Below, piece after piece: positions 1-8,858 of a stretch of DNA of 41,673 nt (the first letter of the stretch is position 1; each line of letters opens with the position of its first letter). The notes beneath the pieces are model-generated. The model was given only the letters and a program-made list of their open reading frames with translations, did not search any database and had not been told where the DNA came from. Where the stretch lies: positions 66,480 to 108,152 of IMG/VR virus record IMGVR_UViG_3300006145_000006, one strand, 5' to 3'. Source of the DNA: a virus (taxonomy: Duplodnaviria > Heunggongvirae > Uroviricota > Caudoviricetes). The position numbers and the translations under genes are program-made.

Positions 1-15
1 CGTTTTACGGTGTTA

Positions 16-693
16 TCACCAGCTCGATGTATAATACACAGCCTCGTTCACAAAGTCGGTTTCCTTAAGTACCTTCTCCAGAATTTCAATCGTCTGGTCA
101 ATATCCTCCATGTAGTAGCTGTCATACTCTGTGCTCCCGAAGAAGAAGCCACCTCGCGTCGGCAACAACTCCTCGCACACCTCTAGATTCGTAATTACAA
201 ATCCATCCACATAATCCCAATCACACTTGCCATCCTTTGTAAGCGTGTAACCATTTTTAACTTTCCCGGGCTTGAGTACGGCTTGCTCTTTAATCTGCTT
301 GCAGATACCAAGCAATTCCTCCAGGACACCCTCACTTACAATGTAGTACCCGCAGTCGTCAACACCGCCCTGTACATTCTCCACAAACCAAGAGTGGATC
401 TGATTGGCCTTGCGCCACGATGCCAAGTTCTGATGGATACACTTATAGCCATACTTCTGCTCGGTATCCCAAGATCCATAGCGATGTTTATAGCGGGGTC
501 GATAAAAATCCATCACATCTTGCTTAGGAAGTTCGCTGGGGTCATACCCTGACCAGCTCTTTAGATCGCTATCAAGATATTCACCATTTGCCTGCGTCTC
601 CTTAAGGCTAAAGTAGCTCTCCATAACAGAAATCTGATGCGGAGTCGTGTCCTTATACCGGGGATACTTGCTCAAATACATATCAAGTCCCAT
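16..693 (-). CDS. Conserved phage hypothetical protein (MGLDMYL...WRKANQIHSWF type)
   Basis: 225-aa ORF with RBS (AGAAAGGA). The N-terminal MGLDMYL and WRKANQIH motifs are typical of a widespread phage early-gene family. Confidence 0.8.
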   Translation of the reverse strand: MGLDMYLSKYPRYKDTTPHQISVMESYFSLKETQANGEYLDSDLKSWSGYDPSELPKQDVMDFYRPRYKHRYGSWDTEQKYGYKCIHQNLASWRKANQIHSWFVENVQGGVDDCGYYIVSEGVLEELLGICKQIKEQAVLKPGKVKNGYTLTKDGKCDWDYVDGFVITNLEVCEELLPTRGGFFFGSTEYDSYYMEDIDQTIEILEKVLKETDFVNEAVYYTSSW

Positions 694-730
694 GTCTCTT
701 TTCCTTTCTATTCACCATAAAAGTACAATT

Positions 731-1225
731 TTATGCCCAAAACCCAACTGTCCAATTTTGTAAGTATCCATTCTCATCAAAGTTACACATTGTTACATGC
801 CCGTTTTCAAACCTGCGAACAATCACATCCGAAGAATCAATTTCTCCCTGTGCGATATGAATACCAAACCAATTCACTATTGCCTCACTGTGAGTTTCAA
901 TCCAAAGATTCGCATTACGGGATCGCACTAGTTCGACCACACCTGCAATAACTTTTTTCTGAACTCTCGGATGCAAATCGTTTTCTGGGTGAATCAGCGC
1001 AATATCTAACCCCTCGCACTTCAGCATTTCATAGACTGACCATAGGATGGGAGCGCCAGAACCATTCCCACTCGGATATCCGCAACACCTTTCTACTAAA
1101 TCCAAAAACCCTTTGTCGCTTCGGTCCGGGGGCGAAGGGTTGCAGTACAAGCACCTAGGAATTGCACTGAGATATTTGCTCTTCCCTGATCCGTTTTCTC
1201 CAACCAAAATTTCAATCTTACTCAC
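731..1225 (-). CDS. Miniature ABC-type (AAA_15/AAA_21-like) ATPase with DUF3696-like C-terminus and degenerate Walker B
   Basis: Walker A GENGSGKS, D-loop-like PENDLHP, H-loop ETHS, C-terminal FDENGYLQNWTVGFW. Only 164 aa. Confidence 0.7.
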   Translation of the reverse strand: MSKIEILVGENGSGKSKYLSAIPRCLYCNPSPPDRSDKGFLDLVERCCGYPSGNGSGAPILWSVYEMLKCEGLDIALIHPENDLHPRVQKKVIAGVVELVRSRNANLWIETHSEAIVNWFGIHIAQGEIDSSDVIVRRFENGHVTMCNFDENGYLQNWTVGFWA

Positions 1226-1262
1226 AACATCACCTTCATTTTGGGCTCCAGAATTGATAAAA

Positions 1263-1517
1263 TCATCCTTTTATCTTCTTTAACAGTCTGATCAAAGACT
1301 CGAAGTCTGAATAGCTGTGCGGGTTAATTGGTTCTCCGTTCCACGCAGCGAAGAACACTCTCGCATCGTTTTCCGGTACAAATTCGCATTCTCCGTTCCA
1401 GTCCTCCAAAATATCCTGGATGTATTCCGCCACAATTACATAGATTTCACCATCTACATTCTCTGTGACAATTACAGTCCCATTCCCGTAGAAATTCACT
1501 GTCACGTCTTTGTTCAT
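1263..1517 (-). CDS. Hypothetical acidic protein
   Basis: 84-aa ORF with GAGGTGAGG RBS, co-oriented with neighbours. Confidence 0.75.
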   Translation of the reverse strand: MNKDVTVNFYGNGTVIVTENVDGEIYVIVAEYIQDILEDWNGECEFVPENDARVFFAAWNGEPINPHSYSDFESLIRLLKKIKG

Positions 1518-1534
1518 AGCCTCACCTCATAAAA

Positions 1535-1702
1535 TTACTGTTTTGTCTTGTCCGCAAACCGCTCATTTTCCCAACGTTCACACCAGCGTTGCTGGATAGA
1601 AACAAATTCAAGCCAGCTCCATTCGCCCCCAGCTTTAATGGGAACAATAGAAAACCGCTTAACAACACGGCTGTCACCATAATTAGGATCTCTCCATCGC
1701 AT
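1535..1702 (-). CDS. Small Trp-rich hypothetical protein (55 aa, not in ORF track)
   Basis: Hand translation MRWRDPNYGDSRVVKRFSIVPIK...; TAATG overlap with the upstream stop and a GGAGG RBS. Confidence 0.65.
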   Translation of the reverse strand: MRWRDPNYGDSRVVKRFSIVPIKAGGEWSWLEFVSIQQRWCERWENERFADKTKQ

Positions 1703-1896
1703 TATTGATTACCTCCCGCACTACACCAGAAGTCATCCGGCCCAAAGTGAACACCATCATAGTGTCGATAAATCACACCATCCGGAACATTGCTGGCGTC
1801 GGCCAGCTCCATATAGGACGGGTTCCCTACCATCTCAGTCACATACGCCTGCTTCAGCTCATCAATCTGGTCTCGGCTCAAATCTCGGACTGTCAC
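1702..1896 (-). CDS. Hypothetical protein
   Basis: 64-aa ORF with ATGA overlap to the upstream gene. Confidence 0.75.
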   Translation of the reverse strand: MTVRDLSRDQIDELKQAYVTEMVGNPSYMELADASNVPDGVIYRHYDGVHFGPDDFWCSAGGNQ

Positions 1897-2195
1897 TCGT
1901 CATCAGCCTCCAAATCCACCCACTTCTCAATCGCAGAATAGACGTCACTATCGTCCAACTGCGGAGCCCGCTCGTCAACCCACATCATCTCGTCCAGGAT
2001 GTCTTCTTTGGCCGCAATGATCTCGTTCCGCTTAGACTCATAAGGCTCTTCATCTTCGATATGTAAAAGTAAATCCTGCCACAGTTCTTCCCGTATCATC
2101 ATCGTCTTGAGTACACTGCTCTCGTTCGAGGTCAGACGGATAACCTCGCCGGTGTCCCGCTCGATGACCCACTCGCTGTCAAAATAGACCCCCAT
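1893..2195 (-). CDS. Acidic hypothetical protein, paralog of 2775..3095
   Basis: GGAGG RBS. Shares W..ERDTGE.I.LT.NE and RE.LW motifs with 2775..3095. Confidence 0.8.
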   Translation of the reverse strand: MGVYFDSEWVIERDTGEVIRLTSNESSVLKTMMIREELWQDLLLHIEDEEPYESKRNEIIAAKEDILDEMMWVDERAPQLDDSDVYSAIEKWVDLEADDE

Positions 2196-2228
2196 ATTTC
2201 CTCCAGTAGAACACCAAGGTTGTTAAAT

Positions 2229-2750
2229 TTATTCACCTGAAAACTCACTATAATATTTCTTCCTCATCTCTTTTGCGAAATTCTTGGGCTCATCCACATC
2301 ATCAAATGTTCCTAAGACGCTATTTACACCATTGATTTGCAGTTGAACACACCATTTTTCATTCATCCACGACACATTTCGGTAGCCAGACACCTAGTTC
2401 TTGTTGGGGCCAACTCGATTCATGCTGTTTTCTGACGGCTCAACGACCCTCAGATTTTCTTTTCTGTTATCCATCGTGTCATGGTTAATGTGGTCCACTA
2501 CCAAACCGCGTGGGGGCATCAACAACAAAACGACTAAGCATTAGACTTGTATATCGCTTCCTGCCAAAGTCATTCCGCCCATTGTCAATAAGCATAAATG
2601 GATACATAAACTGGTTGTTGCGATTACCTTTTACTTGAACCGCCTTCCCCAACTTTTGAAATCTTGGCAAGTCTTCTGTATCGATAAGAACTTCGTATCG
2701 TTTCTTACCTGCTATAATTGTTGTCGTGTCCCCATTAACAACGCATTCAT
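2229..2750 (-). pseudogene. Decayed HNH-AP2 homing endonuclease
   Basis: Joined frames give LIDTEDL...LVVDHINHDTMDNRKENLR...SGYRNVSW...WCVQLQING...LGTFDD. There is a frameshift near the start, a +1 frameshift at the G5 run 2512-2516, and an in-frame TAG at 2394-2396. Confidence 0.8.
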
Positions 2751-2774
2751 TAACAAATATGTCTGACTACCTCC

Positions 2775-3095
2775 TCAAGCCGAATGATATACATCCGGGC
2801 AAAACTTCTTGATGGCATCCCATACGATGTCGCCCATCACATCATCGGTGCGATGCTCTTGCTCCATCATGTAGTTCAGGATATTGTCCTTCTGCTTCTC
2901 GATGGCGGCAAACTCGGTGTCGGCGGCAGCATCGTTAGCGTCAATGTCCTCCAGTCGTAAGGAAACCCCTTCCCACAACTTTTCCCTCCGCATGAACCAG
3001 TAGATGTCCTGAATCTCATTGTAGGTCAGAGGAATCTTCTCCCCAGTATCCCGCTCGGCAATCCAAGACATAGGGCCATCACGATAGACAATCAT
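2775..3095 (-). CDS. Acidic hypothetical protein, paralog of 1893..2195
   Basis: 106-aa ORF with ATGA overlap; motif sharing as above. Confidence 0.8.
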   Translation of the reverse strand: MIVYRDGPMSWIAERDTGEKIPLTYNEIQDIYWFMRREKLWEGVSLRLEDIDANDAAADTEFAAIEKQKDNILNYMMEQEHRTDDVMGDIVWDAIKKFCPDVYHSA

Positions 3096-3532
3096 AGGTC
3101 CCCTCCAATTTCAAATCCAGTACCATCTGCAAAATCATCCAGTGCTTCGCTCAAATATTTTTTGTAGATATCATAGTGCTCTTTGCACCACACATGAGTA
3201 TCTATGTAGTTGTGATAGGTCTCCATATCGTCATCTGGGTTCAGCTTTTTCAGAGCAGTCAGCTCCTCCTGCCCAGCCTCATCCAAATCCTCATAGGCCT
3301 TATCGTTTTCAAGCTCCTCGATTCTATCACTTATAGCTTTCTTAATTTGCTCAAACCCATACTCGAAAACCAGCCTCATAACTCCATTTAGACCAACGGA
3401 AGTTACCCACTCTGCCCCATCGCAATATTCAAGAATGTCACAAAAGTCATATCCAACATCGTCAATTAACTTCAAATCTAATGAGCCGCAATTAAGAAGC
3501 TGCATCAGCAAGTCATCTTTTCCTCGAATCAT
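3092..3532 (-). CDS. Highly acidic hypothetical protein
   Basis: Start moved to ATG 3532 behind a GGAGGAG RBS. D/E-rich. Confidence 0.8.
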   Translation of the reverse strand: MIRGKDDLLMQLLNCGSLDLKLIDDVGYDFCDILEYCDGAEWVTSVGLNGVMRLVFEYGFEQIKKAISDRIEELENDKAYEDLDEAGQEELTALKKLNPDDDMETYHNYIDTHVWCKEHYDIYKKYLSEALDDFADGTGFEIGGDL

Positions 3533-3534
3533 AT

Positions 3535-3825
3535 TCAGTACTCCTCCGGAAGCAAAACTGTCGTTGTACTGCGGTCTTCCTCGGTGATGATCCAAATTTT
3601 GTCCTCCGGATCCAGTTCGCTCATGATGTACACACTAAACAGCCTGCCACCATCACTGAGCGCATTCTGATTGCTCTCCCAGTCCTCATCGCAAACATCG
3701 CCCCAGCTTCCTTCTCTGTGCATCTGGAGCGCTTTTTGCACAAGGAACGCATAGGTCGCACTGTCTGCGGCTCTGTCGGCAACACCACAAAGCATAACAA
3801 CCTGACCTATATCAAACAAGGCCAT
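3535..3825 (-). CDS. Conserved plasmid/phage protein (WGDV...WIITE.DRS.TTVLLPEEY family)
   Basis: The C-terminal motif is typical of a widespread family of unknown function on mobile elements. Confidence 0.75.
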   Translation of the reverse strand: MALFDIGQVVMLCGVADRAADSATYAFLVQKALQMHREGSWGDVCDEDWESNQNALSDGGRLFSVYIMSELDPEDKIWIITEEDRSTTTVLLPEEY

Positions 3826-3986
3826 TACTGTTCCTCCTCGTCGTCAAGATAACCTTCATCGCAAAGGTGCCCACGGAACCCATCGCTCAAGAGGCACGTT
3901 CCGTGCCAATCTAAGAAAAGGTTCGCTACAGTTTCACCGTCCAATCCACAGAGAATATCGTACATCTCAAGTTGCTTGCCGTTCAC
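3825..3986 (-). CDS. Small acidic hypothetical protein (53 aa, not in ORF track)
   Basis: Hand translation from GTG: MNGKQLEMYDILCGLDGETVANLFLDWHG...DDEEEQ. Fills the gap with overlaps at both ends. Confidence 0.65.
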   Translation of the reverse strand: MNGKQLEMYDILCGLDGETVANLFLDWHGTCLLSDGFRGHLCDEGYLDDEEEQ

Positions 3987-4621
3987 TGCTCGACCACCTC
4001 CACGACTGTATTATTCTTATCAACCCAGACGTGCTGCGTCCCAAGAACAGCAATGTGATAGCCCTTATTTTTCATTACCCTCTCATGCTCAGCAGCTTCA
4101 TCGTGCCACTGTAGGTCACGGGCCTTATAAAGCGGGATCCAGTGTGACTCATAGAAATCATACCCAGCACCATCGATGCCGAATATATAGCCGTAATCCT
4201 CTGACTCATAGACACGGAAGCCGCAGTCCGCCATCTTCTGGAGACCGTCCATTTTCTCAAGCCAATAATCATCACAAGAATCTCCGAATGTCCACATGGT
4301 TCCCCACATCGGAAGGCCGTCATCTCGTTGGACCTCAAAGTCGGATTTCTCCAGAACGATTTCATCGCCGGAGCCATCCAGCTCAATGCGATAACCATCT
4401 TCGTACTCGCCAACACCGCTTTCCACGATGTACCCATACTCACCGTCGCGAACCCCCTGAAGGACATAGACGTAGTCGTTCTCACCGGGAGGAGTGATTT
4501 CCACAATATCATTGTAGTCGCTTGCAATCATCAGTTTCTTAACAACAGACTGAGGGATACGATCAAAATCGCGCACCAGCTCCTTGGCAGCCTCACGTAC
4601 TGTCATTCCAGGTCGTTTCAT
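3983..4621 (-). CDS. Conserved phage hypothetical protein, acidic
   Basis: ORF with GGGAGA RBS; C-terminal GIDGAGYDFYESHW.PLY motif. Confidence 0.8.
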   Translation of the reverse strand: MKRPGMTVREAAKELVRDFDRIPQSVVKKLMIASDYNDIVEITPPGENDYVYVLQGVRDGEYGYIVESGVGEYEDGYRIELDGSGDEIVLEKSDFEVQRDDGLPMWGTMWTFGDSCDDYWLEKMDGLQKMADCGFRVYESEDYGYIFGIDGAGYDFYESHWIPLYKARDLQWHDEAAEHERVMKNKGYHIAVLGTQHVWVDKNNTVVEVVEQ

Positions 4622-4682
4622 ATTCAATTTCTCCCTTCTAAGTCGGCATCACCCGCCTATTCCCGATAAAATAACGTTTTTA

Positions 4683-5162
4683 TCAATAGGTGACGGTAAA
4701 CATGCCGTCCAGGTGCTTATGGCACATACTTTCATATGTAGATCCCGTCATACCTACATTAACGTCACACTGGACGACATGTTCGCCGTGTAGTGCATAA
4801 AAGTCATCAAAAATATCATCATCCAGGATCGCGTAGTTCTCAACGCCAGGATGTTCGTCAATCCACTTCTTGATCTCTGCTCCTCGATTAGACCCATGCA
4901 GAAGTGGAGTATGGCCCAGAATGTTAATTCCGTCACGCAGTCCTCCATTTCTAAGGCACTCTTGGTAGTTCTCCGCGGCTCGCCACGTGCTAGACACCAC
5001 AATGTCATAACCGTAATTCTGGCAAAACTCCGAAAGCCACTGAACTGCTTGAAAATTGTTGACGGAGCCGTCACGAGGAAAGTTAAAACGGCAACGTTTG
5101 CCATCTGGTGTCCACATTGCCGTGTTTACAACACCGTCGTAGTCAAGAAATACTACGTTCAT
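4683..5162 (-). CDS. HAD-superfamily phosphatase (HAD_SAK_2-like)
   Basis: Motif I FLDYDGV, motif II VVSSTWR, motif IV ILDDD. Confidence 0.85.
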   Translation of the reverse strand: MNVVFLDYDGVVNTAMWTPDGKRCRFNFPRDGSVNNFQAVQWLSEFCQNYGYDIVVSSTWRAAENYQECLRNGGLRDGINILGHTPLLHGSNRGAEIKKWIDEHPGVENYAILDDDIFDDFYALHGEHVVQCDVNVGMTGSTYESMCHKHLDGMFTVTY

Positions 5163-5197
5163 TATTTATCGCCATCCAATCTCATAAAAGAGTGCTT

Positions 5198-5761
5198 TTA
5201 TTGACCCTCGCAAACAATCTCATAGTCTCCGGACGAGACCTTCTTCCGCATATCTCTAATTGAGGAATACCACACAAATGTTTCCCCTGGCAATGTTATT
5301 TCGTACCCATTTTCAACCTTTTCGGCATGATAGATGGAACCTTTCACAAGCACATTTATGTGAGTTATAAAAGAAAATTTTTCTGGCAACATCGTCATTT
5401 CCTCACATAAATCGATTTTGCTTTGCTCCAAAAGCTCATCCGTAAAACCATTAACATATCCGTCATCGTCCCGCACCTGCACAAGAGCAAACATTGCACA
5501 GATTTTCTCCGCGGTGCTACTTGCCGTTTTCCCGTACTCCTTCAGTTCCCACAAAACAAAGCTCGGCTTCTTGACGCCGTCGATGTAGTCCGCAAGTGCA
5601 TCGTATAGGATTTCATCCAGCATTCGAGGCGTGTAGTTCTTCCACGGATAAGTACACTCTTTCCCCATGTACCGCTTAATGGAGTAAATCGGATCCCCCT
5701 TGTAGCCATATTTGTCGTTTCCCTTGCAGCACATGATGATGTTACAGGTTCGTTGCTCCAT
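5198..5761 (-). CDS. Hypothetical protein, possibly a two-part fusion
   Basis: ORF with GAGGTGA RBS. There is an internal GAGGAA-ATG and a degenerate palindrome copy at 5367-5384. Confidence 0.75.
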   Translation of the reverse strand: MEQRTCNIIMCCKGNDKYGYKGDPIYSIKRYMGKECTYPWKNYTPRMLDEILYDALADYIDGVKKPSFVLWELKEYGKTASSTAEKICAMFALVQVRDDDGYVNGFTDELLEQSKIDLCEEMTMLPEKFSFITHINVLVKGSIYHAEKVENGYEITLPGETFVWYSSIRDMRKKVSSGDYEIVCEGQ

Positions 5762-5796
5762 GTGATTCACCTCATGAAATAGTGGTTCTATCAGGA

Positions 5797-5966
5797 TCAG
5801 TTTCCAAAATAGTAGTGCAACCAGTCGCTCACAGCATCCATAACGCTCTTGCGGAGTTCGTTTGGATTATATCTATAATCGAAAAAATAGAGCCGTCATG
5901 GGGCTGGATTATAATCGTTCTTGTATCGGCATTAAGTTCTATAGAAAATTTGATTTTGTTGCCCAT
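5797..5966 (-). pseudogene. Small AT-rich ORF with a probable 1-nt deletion in a T6 run
   Basis: GGAGG-ATG at 5966 gives 45 aa. One extra T at 5882-5887 would give a 56-aa ORF ending YRYNPNELRKSVMDAVSDWLHYYFGN just before the next junction motif. Confidence 0.4.
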
Positions 5967-5985
5967 TTAGAATGACCTCCTATGG

Positions 5986-6294
5986 TCAATACTCTGTAGG
6001 ATCAGTCTCTGTCTCATCTGCCACATATACATCCAGACACACATAGTCAGTATCCGGAACGTCCGCCTTCTCAATAGCAAGAATCTTCTTTGCCAAGGTA
6101 CGAGACGGAATAAAAGTGCAATCCACATCAGGAATCATTGAGATTCCCATATCTCTGTCATCATGGACATTTACGTTATATTTCCCTGAGTCCATACGCA
6201 GCATATATACCAGCTCATTAACGGAAAGCTGAACACTCCGTTTAAACATCGGATGCTTGTCCAAAAGTTCGTTCATCTTATCTGTGAATTTCAT
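5986..6294 (-). CDS. Hypothetical protein
   Basis: 102-aa ORF with GGAGG RBS. Confidence 0.8.
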   Translation of the reverse strand: MKFTDKMNELLDKHPMFKRSVQLSVNELVYMLRMDSGKYNVNVHDDRDMGISMIPDVDCTFIPSRTLAKKILAIEKADVPDTDYVCLDVYVADETETDPTEY

Positions 6295-6314
6295 ACACTA
6301 ACCTCCTTCAGTGC

Positions 6315-6716
6315 TCAAAATGCCTGATGGTCAATGTCGTACACCATAGCAGAGACGCTGTCCATTTCAACGCGAACCCTACTCTCGCCACCACCGATCC
6401 AATGGACAATCACAAGCCTCCTGTCCGGCGTCAGCTCCATGCTCTCAACGCCCTTGCCCTCACCATGGGCACGGACATCCGGGTCAGCATAAAGCTCTCC
6501 ATACTCTCGGATAAACCGCTCAGCATAGGTTTCCTTACGGTAAACCTGTTCGCTGATTTTAGCGTAAGCACTATTGAACGCTCCAGCGTTTTCCCTCATA
6601 CTCTCCGCAAGTTCATCGTCGCTTTCGTACTTCTCCGCATAGACCTGATCGTCAATGGATAGTTCCAAAGCCTGCAACACAGTGAGCCACTCTTCTTTTG
6701 TCAGGTTGATTTTCAT
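6315..6716 (-). CDS. Hypothetical protein
   Basis: 133-aa ORF with GGAGGAG RBS. Confidence 0.8.
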   Translation of the reverse strand: MKINLTKEEWLTVLQALELSIDDQVYAEKYESDDELAESMRENAGAFNSAYAKISEQVYRKETYAERFIREYGELYADPDVRAHGEGKGVESMELTPDRRLVIVHWIGGGESRVRVEMDSVSAMVYDIDHQAF

Positions 6717-6731
6717 AGACGTTCTCCTCCA

Positions 6732-6884
6732 TTACACAATTTCAACTCTGGCTCCCCAGGCATCGTATGTATCAAGGTTGTTGCAGGCCCAGCTCAACGC
6801 CTCCCCATAGCTCAGGAATGGGCGGGTTATCCGGCGGATTTCATAATGGCTTTCATTCACAAAGACAATAGTGTACCTATTCAA
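6732..6884 (-). CDS. Small hypothetical protein (50 aa, TTG start, not in ORF track)
   Basis: GGGGAGG RBS; MNRYTIVFVNESHYEIRRITRPFLSYGEALSWA... Confidence 0.6.
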   Translation of the reverse strand: MNRYTIVFVNESHYEIRRITRPFLSYGEALSWACNNLDTYDAWGARVEIV

Positions 6885-7209
6885 CGGAGTTTACCTCCCC
6901 GGTGATCATCATCGAAAAAATATCGCGCAATTCACTTTTTGCGTGCCTTTCGCACGCTTTGAGCGTCTGCACCATTTCTCTATTGGTTGCATTGCGGGAA
7001 ACCGCTTTTCGATATTCCGCGGCATAGCCAGAACTGGAATCAAAAGAAAAGCACCCAGACTTTTCATAAAGAAAGTCAAAGAGTTCCTCCACCCTGGCGC
7101 ACTTCCAAGGGTGTTGGTTCTTGTGTGTAACCGTCCAGTCAAATTCCTTGACAGCCTTGATACACTCGTCAATCGCCTTGTAGCTGTATGTGGCTATGCC
7201 GGCTGACAT
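6877..7209 (-). CDS. Hypothetical protein
   Basis: Start moved to ATG 7209 (MSAGIATY) behind a GGAGG RBS. Confidence 0.75.
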   Translation of the reverse strand: MSAGIATYSYKAIDECIKAVKEFDWTVTHKNQHPWKCARVEELFDFLYEKSGCFSFDSSSGYAAEYRKAVSRNATNREMVQTLKACERHAKSELRDIFSMMITGEVNSVE

Positions 7210-7361
7210 ACAAACTGCCCCTCCTTCTGCCAATACTCCTCTCGGTAGCGGCGCATGGCCTCCTTCTTGGTGTAGTCGTAATACTGTTTCACCCCAAGGA
7301 GGCCATACACCACCCAGGCACCGTGGACGTTCTTCTCAACGAAATAGATACAGGACTTCAT
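7194..7361 (-). CDS. Small hypothetical protein (55 aa, not in ORF track)
   Basis: AAAGGAG RBS; MKSCIYFVEKNVHGAWVVYGLLGVKQYYDYTKKEAMRRY... Confidence 0.7.
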   Translation of the reverse strand: MKSCIYFVEKNVHGAWVVYGLLGVKQYYDYTKKEAMRRYREEYWQKEGQFVCQPA

Positions 7362-7391
7362 TCCGTCTCTCCTTTCAATGAAACCGCAGTT

Positions 7392-8318
7392 TTATCTGGT
7401 CTTTGTGGGATATGTATAATGGGAAGTCACAACTAGTTTGGCCTCGCCTTCCTCATAATCCCCGCCTTCAATGGCCTCTGTAAGGCCCGCAATCGAGCCC
7501 GCAATGCCGTTAGCAAAAATGTCAGAACCGTAAAAGCCCCAGCATGAATCAACTTCCTCCCAGGTGCTGTCATCATCCTCGGCCTCTGTATCGGCTTTCT
7601 TGAGGAGAGTGAACCCATACACATCGCCGGTGAGATACTGGTCGTATTCTTTAACCTCGGCCTCCATAAGCCGGGTTGCACACTCCCTCCAGTCGTTCTC
7701 ACTGTAGCCGATTTCTTTGATGACATTATCCTTCGTGGTATAAATCCATCCAACCTGCCCACTATCCCAACAGTCAGCAAATTGACCTCTCCTCACTCCA
7801 CAGGACATCGTGATACCGCTATGATCATATAGCCAGAGCGGGAGCCATATCGCATAGGGCTCCATCAATGTCATACAATGCCCGATAGTCAAATCGTCCA
7901 GCAGGTAGTACACGGCGGTGTCTTCGCTAACCTCTTCATACTCCAGGCATTCCTCCGGCTCCCCATCTCCGATAGGGCTTCTCCACTGACAGATTTCGTA
8001 GATGTTTACCAGATTGTCATGCCCCTCGCATTTTTCGATACGGATACCGGTGAGCTTCCCAGCTTTCGCCGCAACCATAACCTCGCTTTCAGGCACATTC
8101 TCTCGGACGAGTCTTTGCCAAAATTCCTCCGGGGTATCATCCCCAACGTCATCACCGAGCCGATAATGTCGATGCCAACACGCCATATAGGTTCCTGTGT
8201 GATCCCAGTCAGTCCTTGGATTCATCGGGTCATCGTCATGTTGAACATGGAGGCAAAACTGGCCGCCCTCATGCTCGAACTTCACGGTGTCATTGTCGTA
8301 CATTCTGAACTCCATCAC
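7392..8318 (-). CDS. Conserved acidic phage early protein (YDHSG...WDSGQVG...DSCWGFYG family)
   Basis: 308 aa, strongly acidic, with recognisable family motifs. Function unknown. Confidence 0.8.
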   Translation of the reverse strand: MMEFRMYDNDTVKFEHEGGQFCLHVQHDDDPMNPRTDWDHTGTYMACWHRHYRLGDDVGDDTPEEFWQRLVRENVPESEVMVAAKAGKLTGIRIEKCEGHDNLVNIYEICQWRSPIGDGEPEECLEYEEVSEDTAVYYLLDDLTIGHCMTLMEPYAIWLPLWLYDHSGITMSCGVRRGQFADCWDSGQVGWIYTTKDNVIKEIGYSENDWRECATRLMEAEVKEYDQYLTGDVYGFTLLKKADTEAEDDDSTWEEVDSCWGFYGSDIFANGIAGSIAGLTEAIEGGDYEEGEAKLVVTSHYTYPTKTR

Positions 8319-8356
8319 AGCTTCCCCTTCTTATGAAATGACCGTTTTATGTAGTT

Positions 8357-8833
8357 TTATATGTCTCCAAAATAAACAGACAAAGGGATACTCAAAATTT
8401 CTTGCTCGTGTTGATTGAGTATCAGGCAGCACAACTTGTATGCCTCCTTATCTGCTCCAACCTCGCTATTATCTTCCCTCTGCTTGATTGCCATATAGTG
8501 TCCCAGTTCATGGGCCAACACCCAAGGATCATTTTCAAGCTTCTCCAAGATTTCAATTTTGGCATCGTCAAGAATCAGACGTCCAGCTCTGGAGTGATAC
8601 AGAATCCTCCCGGCCGCATCTCCAAGCACCTTGTGATATGACACCTCAATGCCGAGCTGAGAACACAGAACCTTAAGAGAGCTGGTCAACCTTGTCTCGG
8701 TTTCTGCCCTCTCCTTGCCCCGTTCCTTCATTTCTTTATCGACCTTCCAGTTGATAATGAGAATCGACACAACCATAGCGATAAGAAAACTCACGAACCC
8801 GGCAAAGAGTATCAAAATCACTTCCCTTTCCAT
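8357..8833 (-). CDS. Membrane-anchored HExxH zinc metallopeptidase (ImmA/IrrE, Peptidase_M78-like)
   Basis: N-terminal hydrophobic helix; VLAHELGH motif and a downstream E..AD..A motif. Confidence 0.7.
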   Translation of the reverse strand: MEREVILILFAGFVSFLIAMVVSILIINWKVDKEMKERGKERAETETRLTSSLKVLCSQLGIEVSYHKVLGDAAGRILYHSRAGRLILDDAKIEILEKLENDPWVLAHELGHYMAIKQREDNSEVGADKEAYKLCCLILNQHEQEILSIPLSVYFGDI

Positions 8834-8858
8834 ATTTTCACCCCATAAAATGTCTGTT

